Shown in pieces: positions 63,806-64,000 of a stretch of DNA of 64,000 nt. Positions within the stretch are counted from its first letter, which is position 1. Each line of letters opens with the position of its first letter. The stretch covers positions 16,665,807-16,729,806 of the forward strand of contig NC_134031.1 in NCBI RefSeq assembly GCF_964204645.1. Reading direction: 5' to 3'. This DNA is from Tubulanus polymorphus. Lineage: Eukaryota; Animalia; Nemertea. Under the pieces are notes generated by a model. It was not told the origin of the DNA. It searched no databases and saw only the letters and a list, made by a program, of their open reading frames with translations. The position numbers and the translations under genes were made by a program.

Positions 63806-64000
63806 GTAAGTTCGTAAGCGCTTGTCGGACAAAGGAATCAATTAACATAAATCATACTACGATCATCCTTGAAATAATGGGGCACCGGCATAAACCAGAT
63901 GGCACGACAATACATTCAGTCATATGTAGTGAAAATCAGTTCATTTTCGATGAACTTTCAATTGGACTTTTAGGCTCCGAATGGAAATGTTGTCAAACAT

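Overview
This is AT-rich, intron-dense animal genomic DNA, probably from an invertebrate; it is not prokaryotic. Spliced genes in order: the 3' part of an Ig/FN3 single-pass adhesion receptor (+, to 9151); a complete MEGF8 (-, 11583-32985); tRNA-Thr(AGT); a divergent profilin-like gene (+); a ~738-aa disordered protein I could not assign, with a PP1-type RVxF motif (-); intronless TMEM234 (+); ILKAP (-) head-to-head with CAPZB (+); and the 5' part of DISP3 (+). Introns and intergenic DNA hold many small mobile elements: Harbinger-type MITEs with CWG TSDs, pogo/Tigger-type MITEs, hAT-like MITEs, a tRNA-derived SINE, an L2-like LINE tail and Penelope-like hammerhead ribozyme relics. The most unusual structure is at 43.7-46.4 kb. 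It is a 2221-bp element with perfect 33-bp TIRs and a 7-bp TSD, nested in a MITE. It carries two convergent spliced genes, one encoding a C2C2 zinc finger resembling the RAG1/Chapaev N-terminal domain. About 360 bp away lies a 35-bp remnant of the same TIRs (17+1+17 nt) with its own 7-bp TSD, which looks like a P-element-type excision footprint. Exon boundaries were read by eye and may be off by a few bases. Homology calls are from recall; no searches were run.
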